Source: Macrostomum lignano (taxonomy: Eukaryota). From it: a stretch of DNA of 64,000 nucleotides. The translations under genes and the position numbers were made by a program. Location of the stretch: NCBI GenBank assembly GCA_002269645.1, contig NIVC01003854.1, forward strand, positions 9,656 through 73,655, written 5' to 3'. Under the pieces are notes generated by a model that had not been told where the DNA came from, searched no databases, and worked only from the letters and a program-made list of their open reading frames with translations. Of this stretch, positions 35,936 through 47,500 are shown piece after piece (within the stretch, counting starts at the first letter, position 1; each line of letters begins with the position of its first letter).

Positions 35936-37036
35936 GCCAAAAGCAAATTTGAATACGTGCGCAAGTTCGAGCAGAGCGACCAGCTGCTGCCGCAATGCTG
36001 GCTGGTTGTCCGGGTGGATGGCCGAGGATTTCACAAATTCTCAGAGCGTCACGAGTTTGCTAAGCCCAACGAGCCCCGCTGTATTCGTTTGATGACGCTG
36101 GCAGCCAGGCGAGTCCTGATGGAGCATCGCAGCATCCTGCTAGCGTACGGTCAGAGCGACGAGTACAGCTTTGTCCTGCACAAAGACACGAATGCATTTA
36201 ATAGGAGAGCCAGCAAGTTGGCTTCTCTAATTGGCTCTTTGTTCACGTCGGCTTTTGTGTTTAATTGGTCGATCTGCTTCCCCGATAGGAGGCTGCTGTA
36301 TCCGCCAGCTTTTGATGCCCGGGCTGTGGCTTATCCGTCTGTGAGAACTTTGCGGGACTATCTGTCTTGGAGGCAGGTAAGCTGCCTGTGCTATGAGTAG
36401 GGAGCTCTGGTTGGTCAGTATATGATATGGGCTAAGAGCTTCTGATTGGTCAGTAGCTGACATGGGCTGTTGTGAGGCTCTGATTGGTCAGTAGTTGACA
36501 TGGGCTGTGAGGCTCTGATTGGTCAGTATTTGACATGGGCTGTGAGGCTCTGATTGGTCAGAAGTTGACATGGGCTGTTGTGAGGCTCTGATATTCATTC
36601 AGATGTACATTCCCAGGCCGACTGCCACATCAACAATCTGTACAACACAGCCTTTTGGTCGCTGGTGCTTCGAGGTGGCTTGAGCGCCAACCAGGCGCAG
36701 GAACGCCTGAAAGGCACTTTAGCAGCCGACAAGAACGAATTGTTGTTCTCCCAATTCGGCATCAACTACAATAACGAGCCGGAAGTCTATCGTAAAGGCA
36801 GCCTGCTGGTTCGAGCCAGCCTGCTCGACTCACAAGTTGATGCCGTCGCTGAGGAAGCCTCAGTGGGTGACAATGTCCCGGATGTAGGCGAGGCAAGTGT
36901 GGAAGAAGTAAGCGAGATTGCCGCCAAGGTGGCCAAGGCTGAGGCGGAGTCGGCTTCCACTCTGCTGCATATCGACATTATTAAGGATAAGTTTTGGACT
37001 GAAAATCCTCGGATTCTTCCGTTAGACTCTCAGTAA
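35936..37036 (+). CDS. THG1L: tRNA(His) guanylyltransferase. Exons 35936-36376 and 36617-37036; initiator ATG not in the exon
   Basis: [45 protein letters not shown]|[35 protein letters not shown]. Confidence 0.95.
36411..36590. repeat. 34-37-bp intronic minisatellite (GCTCTGATTGGTCAGTAGTTGACATGGGCTGT...)
   Basis: About 5 tandem units in the THG1L intron. Confidence 0.85.
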
Positions 37037-37084
37037 AAAAGCTGTCTCTACGAGTGTAACAAAGAATTCCATGGCTACGCCGAA

Positions 37085-37544
37085 TCAGTTCCGCACCCAC
37101 CTCACTCCCCGACCCTCCACACCCCTCATTTTTGCAGCCATTTCACTACCCGGCCCTCCACACCCCTCAGTTCCGCAGCCACCTCACTCCCCGACCCTCC
37201 ACACCCCTCAGTTCTGCAGTCACCTCACTCCCCGGCCCTCCACACCCCTCAGTTCCGCAGCCACCTCACTCCCCGACCCTCCACACCCCTCAGTTCTGCA
37301 GTCACCTCTCTCCCCGACCCTCCACACCCCTCAGTTCTGCAGCCACCTCACTCCCCGGCCCTCCACACCCCTCAGTTCCGCAGCCACCTCACTCCCCGAC
37401 CCTCCACACCCCTCAGTTCTGCAGCCACCTCACTCCCCGGCCCTCCACACCCCTCAGTTCCGCAGCCACCTCACTCCCCGGCCCTCCACACCCCTCAGTT
37501 CCGCAGCCACCGCACTTCCCGACCCTCCACACTCTCAGTTCCAC
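37085..37544. repeat. 40-bp minisatellite (CTGCAGCCACCTCACTCCCCGACCCTCCACACCCCTCAGTT-like)
   Basis: About 11 tandem units directly after the THG1L stop codon. Confidence 0.95.
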
Positions 37545-37992
37545 AAACATCCGAGTGAATTAGCACTATTTTAAATCCCTCATTTCTTATTCAATTTGGC
37601 TAATACGCGTTTCAACAGGACAGTGTGTACTTTTCTGCGCTAAGAGAAAACTTGAAACTGCAGTTGATTTAAAGTATCTTAAATACAAATTTATCTCTTG
37701 TTTTACTGCTTGTCTCTGGAGTAACATTTTTGCAAATTTGAAATAATCTTATTTGGTCTTAATTATAACTTATTTTCAATTCTAGCCTTGCGATATACTT
37801 GTTTAGTCAAAGAAATAGCAGTATAATCCGTTTGGTTTATATCATCATTGATATCAATTTGTTTACTATTTGTTTTTTTTGGAAACCAAAAAATTTTTTG
37901 CCATTTCGGCTGTCGATTTGAAAACAGAAACATTAAAAAGTACAAAAATTAGGTCACAGTCAAAGTTCGATGGGTTTTTAGGCAATCAGGTC

Positions 37993-38323
37993 TTAGGCAG
38001 GATAATTGCCCATTGGGGCTTGAAACGGGCGCGGAGCGTAGGCCATAGGCGCTGGGTAGTTGGGTGCGGGGCTACCTCCGTAACCTCCAGCGTAAGCGCC
38101 GCCGCCTCTGTAACCTCCGTAGCCACCGCCTCCGTAGACACCGCCTCCGTAGCCACCGCCTTTGCAGCAAGAAAACAACCCAAGACCGCCGCCACCGCCA
38201 TGTCCGCGCGGCCTGTTTGCACAATCAAAGCAGAGCTGCATGCCGAAGCAGCAGACCATGATTGCTATTACAGCTGCCACAATGCCGCATAGGAATATGA
38301 CGCAGCCGACTACGAGAAGGACT
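37993..38323 (-). CDS. Terminal exon of single-pass TM, Cys-cluster, Gly/Tyr/Pro-rich protein (Shisa/WBP1/CYYR1-like paralog 1)
   Basis: After acceptor AATAG (phase 2): VLLVVGCVIFLCGIVAAVIAIMVCCFGMQLC...LFSCCKGGGYGG...PAPNYPAPMAYAP...NYPA*. Confidence 0.7.
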
Positions 38324-38500
38324 CTATTAGTTAATGATTAAACATAGAGAGGTGGTTTATTATAGAGATTCGACTGTTTAGGGGAGTAAAGTCAAGCCCC
38401 CGCCCATAACTTCCTATCTGCTTTCACAAACTCTCCGAACTTCACGTTGCTATGCAAGTGGTTTTGGCGCAACGACTTTGACAACAGCAACCAACTCTAG

Positions 38501-38722
38501 GGGCTGTACCCCGGGGGTTCGAATCTCGACCCACTCGGAACAATTTGAGTACCTAGTCCTAAGCAAGACACTTAACTCTGCATTGCTTCAGTTCACCCAA
38601 CTGCTGTAAAATGTGTGCCAGCAGCAGCATTAGCTGGGGTAATTGAGATGCCTTAGATGCGCCGCGCAATAGCTGCGGCTGAGCTGTTGGTTGCACATCT
38701 ACCCTCTAAGGCAGATGTAATC
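38501..38722 (+). mobile_element. 5'-truncated tRNA-derived CORE-type SINE
   Basis: B-box GGTTCGAATC, then GCAAGACACTTAACTCTGCATTGCTTCAGTTCACCCAACTGCTGTAAAATG. Homologous to 42756-43062. Confidence 0.75.
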
Positions 38723-39100
38723 AGTTATTTTTAATTATAAATCGAAATTATACCCCCATAAAAATTAATGAACATCTTACATTTTCCAATCGTCGTCGAA
38801 AAAGTCAACTGATCCGTGCTCAATAACCATGCCGTTATATGGAGACACGGTGTGTAACTTGATTTTTTAACCTGTTGATTGTAAAGAACCGTTTGGCATT
38901 TGTCGTTTTAAACGGTGTAGAAAACGGGAGGGCTTTTTTAATGAAAATTAGACAATTATAGTAGTTGTCCCATAGACAAAGTCACTTTCTTGTATCGGTG
39001 GAGAAACGTGTCTCGGCAATTTTAATCTCGTGCATGCGTGTGTGTATGTTATAGTATACTCTCTTATACTGACGTTGGCCAAAGTGTGTTAGTATGTCCC

Positions 39101-40090
39101 TAAGTGTTCTGATGCGTCTTAGAGTGCCTTAATGTGCCCTGATGTGTCTTCGAAAGCCTTAATGTGCTTGTATGTGTCTTCGCAAGCCTGAATGTGCCCT
39201 GATGTGTCTTAGAAAGCCTTAATGTGCCCGTATGTGTCTTAGAAAGCCTTAATGTGCCCTGATGTGTCTTAGAAAGCCTTAATGTGCCTGTATGTGTCTT
39301 AGAAAGCCTTAATGTGCTCTGATATGTCTTAGAAAGCATTAATGTGCCCTGATATGTCTTAGAAAGCCTGTATGTGTCTTCGAAAGCCTTAATGTGCCCT
39401 GATGTGTCTTAGAAAGCATTAATGTGCCCTGATGTGTCTTAGAAAGCCTGTATGTGTCTTCGAAAGCCTTAATGTGCCCTGATGTGTCTTAGAAAGCCTG
39501 TATGTGTCTTCGAAAGCCTTAATGTGCCCTGATGTGTCTTAGAAAGCCTGTATGTGTCTTCGAAAGCCTTAATGTGCCCTGATGTGTCTTAGAAAGCCTG
39601 TATGTGTCTTCGAAAGCCTTAATGTGCCCTGATGTGTCTTAGAAAGCCTGTATGTGTCTTCGAAAGCCTTAATGTGCCCTGATGTGTCTTAGAAAGCCTG
39701 TATGTGTCTTAGAAAGCCTTAATGTGCCCTGATGTGTCTTAGAAAGCCTGTATGTGTCTTAGAAAGCCTTAATGTGCCCTGTGTCTTAGAAAGCCTTAAT
39801 GTGCCTATATGTGTCTTAGAAAGCCTTAATGTGCCCTGATGTGTCTTAGAAAGTCTTAATGTGCCTTGATGTGTCTTAGGAATTCTTACTGTGTCCTGTT
39901 GTGTCTTAGAGTGCCTTGGTGTGTCCCGCTTGATGTGTCTTAAAGTGCTTTAGTGTGTCCTGATGTGTCTTCGAAAGCCTTAATGTGCCCTAATGTGTCT
40001 TTCAGTGAGCTAATGTGTCCTGATGTGTCTTAGAGTGCCTTAATGTGTTCTGATGTGTCTTTCAGTGAGTTAATGTGTCCTGATGCGTAC
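39101..40090. repeat. Minisatellite of 30-bp and 20-bp units (GATGTGTCTTAGAAAGCCTTAATGTGCCCT), 50-bp higher-order period in the centre
   Basis: Tandem array with divergent edges. Confidence 0.95.
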
Positions 40091-41138
40091 TGGTTAAGAG
40101 TATTAATACGGACGTACAGTCAGCACTGATGTGATGGCGCATGAGCTGCTTCCCTTGATGTATTTATTCCCTTATTTTGACTTCTGCGAGATTTACCGCA
40201 AAAATTGTACATTTTTTAATCCAAATATTCTCATGCTTGCAAGTTCAGTGAGAAGGCAAATTTGATTATGTAATAGTACATTCCTTTGACCATGTAGTCT
40301 CGCATTGCAGTTACATGTGTACCACCTGCAAAAAGTTTTTTCAATGGCCTCTTCTAGTCGGAAGCCCGATTTCAAGAGAGCTGGTTTGATGAGCCACCAA
40401 GGACCACTAAGCCAACGTATATATAAGACGCGACACTCGTAATCTATGGAAAAAGTTTTGAAGGCCAGTTTTCGCCAAAAATACACTACGGAGATAGGAA
40501 GTTTTCATTTTTGTTCAGAAAATTGGGATTCTATGTTAATATTTGATTCTATGTACAATTGCATATGTCCTGTGCCTAAAAACCATTAAAATCGCACGGC
40601 TCAGCTCATTGTTTTTATGAATCTATTTTATTATTCTTAGCTGACTGCATGTAACAATATGTGTAACAGAGATTTTTAGGATTTTTAGGTACAGGAAATA
40701 TACGTATAGAATCAAGGCACAACACATCAAAAGATGAACACTGGGTCTACCTCCTATCAAAAGCAATAACAATTTTTGTGCTTAAAAATGAAAACTTCCT
40801 ATCTTCTTAGTGTATTGTTCGGCGAAAAGTGGCCTTCAAAACATTCATTTTCTATCGATTTTGTGTTGCATCCTTCTACTTTAGTAGTCCTTGTGAGCCA
40901 GTTTTCAAGGGATTAGCTAAATCTCTGCATTTCCAAGTTTACTTTTTTATCTATTGCTATCCTCTCTTAGCTAAAGTGATTGATTTCTATCGACAAGCTT
41001 TGATCAAAGGGCCGTTAAGAAGGCTAAATAAGCCGGCTTAATACACGCCAAAAATTTGTAGCAACCATTTGTCAAAAAGATGTTTATATTTTACGAGAAA
41101 TAAAATCAAAATAAGAAGCCAATATAATAAGCAGGAGT

Positions 41139-41559
41139 TCAAGGTGTATAGGGCGGCGGTGCGGATGGATAATTGGGCATTGGCATGCTCAGTTGGGGAT
41201 AGTTCGGCTGGGGGTTGTAGTAGACTCGTTGCTGAGGAGGTCGGTACACGTGCTGAGGCGGCGGTGGCGGCGGAGGCGGTGGCGGCTGAGGAGGCGGCGG
41301 TTGATAGAAACTTCTTTGCCTAATCTGATGGGGCTTCCTGACGCAGGTACATCGGATGCAGAACGGCAGGCAGCAGACTGCGTGGAAGCCGCCGCTACGG
41401 CCAGACTGTCCAATGCTGACTACATGTACACCAGGTCCAGCCCTGTCCGGCTGCCGGCCCAGACAGCCCATCCGCATTCCGCAGCAGCAACACATGATGC
41501 CCAGTACCATGCCGATGACAAAGAAGATGAACGCCAAACTTGCCACACTGATCATTGCT
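41139..41559 (-). CDS. Terminal exon of single-pass TM, Cys-cluster, Pro-rich protein ending PSAPPPY (Shisa/WBP1-like paralog 2)
   Basis: Acceptor CGTCAG|A (phase 2): AMISVASLAFIFFVIGMVLGIMCCCCGM...VCCLPFCIRCTC...PPPP...NYPSAPPPYTP*. Confidence 0.75.
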
Positions 41560-41629
41560 CTGACGATTGGGGAGATTTTCGGCTTCGACTGATTTTTATC
41601 TTATAAATTTTATATTACTTACTTATGTA

Positions 41630-42590
41630 AGTCTCAATGGGGGAGTTTCTGAGATACCAAGGCTCTAGGTCAATGGGGAGTTGCTGATCGAGATTCCATG
41701 GCTCAATGGGGGAGTTGCTGAGATGCCATGGCTCAATGGGGAGTTGCTGAGATGCTAATTGGCTCAATGGAGGAGTTGCTGAGATGCCATGGCTCAATGG
41801 GGAGTTGCTGAGATGCCATGGCTCAATGGGGAGTTGCTGAGATGCTAATTGGCTCAATGGAGGAGTTGCTGATCGAGATTCCATGGCTCAATGGGGGAGT
41901 TGCTGAGATGCCATGGCTCAATGGGGAGTTGCTGAGATGCTAATTGGCTCAATGGAGGAGTTGCTGAGATGCCATGGCTCAAGGGGGAGTTGCTGATCGA
42001 GATTCCATGGCTCAATGGGGGAGTTGCTGAGATGCCATGGCTCAATGGGGAGTTGCTGAGATGCTAATTGGCTCAATGGAGGAGTTGCTGAGATGCCATG
42101 GCTCAAGGGGGAGTTGCTGATCGAGATGCCATGGCTCAATGGGGGAGTTGCTCAGGGGCGTAGCCAGAGGGGGGCAAGGGGGGCCGTGCCCCCCCCCAAT
42201 CACCAACTCTGGCCTTGGCGCCCCCCCTAAAAGAAACTGGCGCCCCCCTATAAGAAACTGGCGCCCCCCCCCTATAAGAAACTGGCGCCCCCCCCCTAAA
42301 AGAAACTGGCGCCCCCCCTATAAGAAACTGGCGCCCCCCTATAAGAAACTGGCGCCCCCCCCCTAAAAGAAACTGGCGCCCCCCCCTATAAGAAACTGGC
42401 GCCCCCCTATAAGAAGCTGGCGCCCCCTAACTCACGCCCCCCCCCAATCAAAATTCCTGGCTATGCCCCTGGAGTTGCTGAGATGCCAGTACTCAGTGCG
42501 GAGTTTCTGAGATGCTAAGTCTCAATGGGGAGTTGCTGATCGAAATGCCATGGCTCAAGGGGGAGTTGCTGAGATGCTAAAGCTCAATGG
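41630..42590. repeat. ~29-bp minisatellite (GGCTCAATGGGGAGTTGCTGAGATGCCAT-like), interrupted by a hAT MITE
   Basis: Tandem variant units on both sides of 42153-42471. Confidence 0.9.
42153..42471. mobile_element. hAT-type MITE (319 bp) with internal ~20-bp repeats
   Basis: TIR CAGGGGCGTAGCCAG / CTGGCTATGCCCCTG. 8-bp TSD GAGTTGCT at 42145-42152 and 42472-42479. Internal AAGAAACTGGCGCCCCCC repeats. Confidence 0.9.
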
Positions 42591-42755
42591 CATCTCCCAT
42601 TTGGAGTCCTTCTCTTATAATGCATGTCTATCCCCTTGGGTAGAAACGGATAATACGAGCTAAAGTTAAAATCAGCACAAGCGAAAACACCAGTTTCTAC
42701 TATTTGATCTATTGCAATACTTTATATGTAATATTTTTACTAGTGCACCTTCAAT

Positions 42756-43062
42756 GGGGCTTGCATGTTGTAGCCTAGTGGTCAGAGCGTCGTACTCGCG
42801 ATTGAAAGGTCTGGGGTTCGAATCTCGACCCACTTGGAACAGTTTGTGTCTTGGAGCAGGACACTTAACTTTCTGAATTGCTTCAGTTCACCCAGCTGTA
42901 AAATGGGTGCCAGCATTAGCTGGGGTAATTGAGGGTGTGTGTGGCGACCCACCACCAGTCCTTGGACTGAACGGCCGTACGCAGCCTTTAGATGCGCCGC
43001 GCAATAGCTGCGGCTGAGCTGTCGGTTGCACATCTGCGTATTAGGGCAGGTGTAACAAAAAA
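42756..43062 (+). mobile_element. tRNA-derived CORE-type SINE, near full length
   Basis: A-box TAGCCTAGTGG, B-box GGTTCGAATC, CORE-like TTGGAGCAGGACACTTAAC...GCTTCAGTTCACCCAGCTGTAAAATGGG, A-rich tail. Confidence 0.8.
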
Positions 43063-43430
43063 GACCTAGAATTCAACCTAGAACCTAGAAAAACCTAGAA
43101 ATGTTCAATTTCAGAATCAGAATGCTCACATTGTATTTCCATCGCCCATGCTTGAGTTGGAAATGGTTTTGATGTTCCGTCAATTGCTCTTCCTGCCAGA
43201 TCTGACATTCGGTGTTTTTTGTTGCTCTGCCATAAATATCTTCGTTTTTTTCAACTTTCAGCCATAGATTATATATTTATAGCATTAAATTCCGTGAATG
43301 TTATACGTTGACGTCCTTATTTGCGTGTTTGGTCAATATTTCTAAAATACGAGCAAAAGTTAACTCAGGTTTTCTGATTTTTTTTATTCTTTATACAAGT
43401 AGCTCATTTTTGTTGCTGAAGACACGCCTT

Positions 43431-43960
43431 TCTCCTGCAGCCACCTCACTCCGTGTCGCACAGACACCCCATGCTCCTGCAGCCACCTCACTCCCTGACC
43501 CACAGGCACCTCTTGCTCCTGCAGCCACCTCACTCCCCGCCGCACAAAGACCTCTTGCTCCTGCAGCCACCTCACTCCCCGTTGCACAAACACCCCATGC
43601 TTCTGCAGCCACCTCACTCCCTGCCGCACAAACACCCCATGCTTCTGCAGCCACCTCACTCCCTGCCGCACAAACACCCCATGCTTCTGCAGCCACCTCA
43701 CTCCCCGCCGCACAAACACCTCTTGCTCCTGCAGCCACCTCACTCCCCGCCGCACAAACACCTCTTGCTCCTGCAGCCACCTCACTCCCCGCCGCACAAA
43801 CACCCCATGCTTCTGCAGCCACCTCACTCCCTGCCGCACAAACACCCCATGCTTCTGCAGCCACCTCACTCCCCGCCGCACAAACACCCCATGCTTCTGC
43901 AGCCACCTCACTCCCTGCCGCACAAACACCCCATGCTTCTGCAGCCACCTCACTCCCTGC
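43431..43960. repeat. 42-bp minisatellite (CTGCAGCCACCTCACTCCCCGCCGCACAAACACCCCATGCTT)n
   Basis: About 12.5 tandem units; shares a ~20-bp core with the 37.1-kb array. Confidence 0.95.
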
Positions 43961-44282
43961 CATACGACTAATCCTTACTTTGGTGGACTTTTCACAAGTC
44001 ATTTAAGAATCAATTACACAGAATATCCAATATTGTAAATTAGATAATTTGCACATTTGAATTCACCAATAAAACACAACTATTCTCTTTAAGATAAGTT
44101 AAAACGAAAAATAGTATTTTCAAGCCAGTGTATTATTTTTCAATAAAGTGCGGAAAGCACTCATTGTACATAAATTGGCATTGGAAGCAAAACAACATTT
44201 CAAATGTTTAATAAAATCTCTGCGGACTCTCGCGATAGCGAATAATAGAAATGGAATAATATACGTCTGATATTAAAGCCAT

Positions 44283-44514
44283 CTACATTCGCCCTCTGGT
44301 GCAGTTGACCTGAAAGCAGCAGGGCAAACAGCAGAAAAGATAGGAGCCACCACCGCCGTGTGGACTCGGGCTGTACCCGTAGCCAACAGGTCCATGCTGC
44401 CTGCCACCAAAGCAGGTTACGCAGAGCTCCACTCCGCAGCAGCAGATCAGGATGCCCAGCACCATACCGATGACAAGACAGACAAACAGCAGACTTCCTA
44501 GACAGATCATCGCT
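44283..44514 (-). CDS. Terminal exon of single-pass TM, Cys-cluster protein (Shisa/WBP1-like paralog 3)
   Basis: Acceptor TTCCACAG|A (phase 2): AMICLGSLLFVCLVIGMVLGILICCCGVELC...YLFCCLPCCFQVNCTRGRM*; aligns with paralog 2 (VIGMVLGI, CCC, CCLP). Confidence 0.7.
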
Positions 44515-47500
44515 CTGTGGAATAAGGAGATGTAGAAAAACAAATATTTGTTTGGCTCAATACGCATTTAGATACGCATTTAGAAAGTTGATAAATCGCT
44601 GTTGCGTTGTGCCTGACGACATCGAGGCTGTTATCAGCAGTTCGTCTACTCGTACCTCAGCAGTTTTAGCTCCCACGACCCCACATGGAACCGAAGCGTT
44701 GACGCAAGCAGGCAGATCCTGTAGCTTAAGACTCTTCTTGACCTTCTTGAAACTCAGGTATGTAAAAAACTTCTGATTAACCATTTTTTGAACCTTTCAC
44801 CAAGCATTTAGGAAGTGTCCAGAATGATCAAAAGAATAAAAAATCTACCTTAAATCCCTCATTCCCTATGCACTGGTTTTTGGCCGTTGATTTCTTGATC
44901 ATGGCACTTTCCAAGGTCCGAGATATTTCTACCTAATCTTTAATAGGTCCCTATGCCCACTAGGAACCCCATAAAAAATCTCTTCATCAAACCCCTATTG
45001 CCCGTGCCCCAGATATTGCTCCTGGCTAATTGACTATTTAGGTCATGGCACCCCTCCTAATTAAGGTCTAAGAACTATCTACCTAATCTTTACAGTTCAA
45101 GAATTCCCACCGTCGGAAACTCACAGCTGGTAGGTCACATCATCCCGTCCACAATTGGACCAGTGCAGATATTGCTAATGGCGCTGCAGACACCCTAACA
45201 TCAAGAATAGGCGCGCAAGATTCGGTTGGAGGCGCAACAGAAGCACAGAGGCGCGCCCTGTGACGCGCCTCTCGTTAAGTATTAACCGACAGTGTATTTT
45301 TTAGGTTAGCGTTCAAAATATGCCAAGTGATTAAAGCTTCCATTATTAACTAACGACACAGCCATGCTTCAATATGAGTCTAAAAGTGGCCTTCTTGAAC
45401 TTTAGGTACGTAAAATACTTCCAATTTTCCGATTTTTCTGAAACTTTCGCCAGAGTCTTAGAGGCTGTCCAAAATGATAATAAAGCAAAAAAACTGCAAA
45501 AAATTACTCTCTGAGGTAACAGGAGGTCGATTTGTTAATCTCCTATGTAACTAGTGTTAATTTGATCCAAGCAGTTTCGGAGAATTGTGTGTTTGAAAGT
45601 TGAACTTTTTTTAGAATCATAACTTTCTAATGTAAATATTTTCCAAAATTGATGAATTTATTCTAAAAAAACATTTAGAACGTTCGAGTTTTATCTCTGA
45701 AAAAATAGTGTCTATTCTAATTTTTCTTCACTTTGTTATAGTGCAGCAAGAGTGCCATGTCAGTTTACTGTTTTTAAAAATGCTGATCCACGGTTTGCCA
45801 CCCACTTTTTGATTCGCTCTTGTTCTCTCATTGTTGTTTACTACTAGCCGTACATTCTTTACTTGTTTACCTATACTAATTTCTATTAATCTGCGTTGTC
45901 TCCATTCCAAAGGTAACTACAGCTGCTAATATCAATTAGTTTTGATAGGATTATAATTATTTCTCCATGGTTGTGTCTTTGATAAATTGTTGAATTTTTA
46001 ATTTAAGCTTCATTTAAATTTTCCCCCTAGGACCCCCTCAGTCTCCGAATTTATCTACCTAATCTTTAATAGACCTCCATGCCTCTATTGAAGTTTAGGT
46101 ACATAAAATAAATCCCCATGAAGATTCTCCCCGCCCTAACACCCCCATTCCCCATGCCTCAGTTGTTGGTAGTTGTGTAGTTGTCAGCCCCCCTTTGAGA
46201 CTTGCCCCCCCCCCGAGACTTGCCCCCATCCCTCTCAGTCTCTGAATTTATCTACCTAATCTTCAATAGACCCCTATGCCTCTATTGAAGTTTAGGTACA
46301 TAAAATCAATCCCCATGAAGATTCTCCCTACCCTAAAACCCTCCATTCCCCATATCCCGGTGGTTGGCTTTAAGCTACAAAAAATGAAGCTCTAATTTGA
46401 AATCAGCACCATCAAAAACCCCTATAGAGACAAAATTATGATCCTATTGAAACTGCAACTATTTTATCTACCTAAAGTTCAAGAAGGCCCTAAAAGTTAG
46501 ACTGTGACATTCAAATGCTATTGAACTTAGAAGATCCGAAATTATCGGGCTCATTTTTTGAATTGTTTACCAAAAACCGAGTCAAATGTACGAGCGTATT
46601 CCAAAAATATAGGAAAAGCTGTTTCAATAACTATTAATTATTAAAATATTAAAGCAAGCACTAAGAGGAACAGAATGTCAGTTACTCACATCATCAGTTG
46701 GTCGCCCATATTGACGAACGCTTGAGTGACTCTCAAGCGGAAGAACCTCGCTTCTCGCGATGCCAGGGGACATACACAGCTTCAGATAATGTGCATGCGT
46801 TCGACGTAAGTATATGTTTGGGGCTTGAACTTTTATCAGAGCCCATGGTCGCTGCAGCAGGATCAGCCATAGAACAGGGTTGTTGATGCTATTTTTATAT
46901 TTGGTATTTTTATATTTCCAAAGTCGTTTAATAATTCATAAAATTCGAGTAACTGGCAAAACTATTTGTTAAACTTCCATATTGGAATCCACCTAGCTTT
47001 TTCCATCATCCTAATTGAATCAGAAATTCTGCTCGTTATAAAGTACCATTAGGTTTTACAGGACTTTTACCATAGAATGCTAAAATATCACACTTTCTTT
47101 TTCATAGCAGCATCTTTAGCGACAAGTCATAAATTTCAGTCATAAAGAAACGCGCGATTTTTGGGACCTCTCTCACAGTTTCTTAGCCAGCTAAGGAAGA
47201 ATATCGATTCGTGCAGCAAACAATAGGTTTGTCTAAACGCTCATGCAAGGAAACAGTTCAGGAAATGCTAAAGCAAGTCGCCAGTAGACTATCGCTGCAT
47301 AGCCGCACAGGAAACATCATTCTGAACACTGATCAAACCAGGCCCAAAGCATCTTTCCGTAGGCAAGCGAGGAAATGGGAAAGCCTATAGTTTTATCCCA
47401 ACACCCTCAGCTATTACACACGTCCGCTGTCCTGTCTGCCGGATGCGAGTTCCATTGTATGTGGCAGAGTTAAGACTAATCGACCGGATATCTCGGGGTG

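Noticed and set aside
43308-44006. Mucin-like AATSLPAAQTPHAS ORF (232 aa)
   Set aside because: A 42-bp unit is open in several frames on both strands; no credible start, signal peptide or splice context.
46037-46352. ~120-bp direct repeat pair and related fragments at 44.8-45.1 kb
   Set aside because: Probably a subterminal region of an old DNA transposon, but no termini or TSD could be defined.
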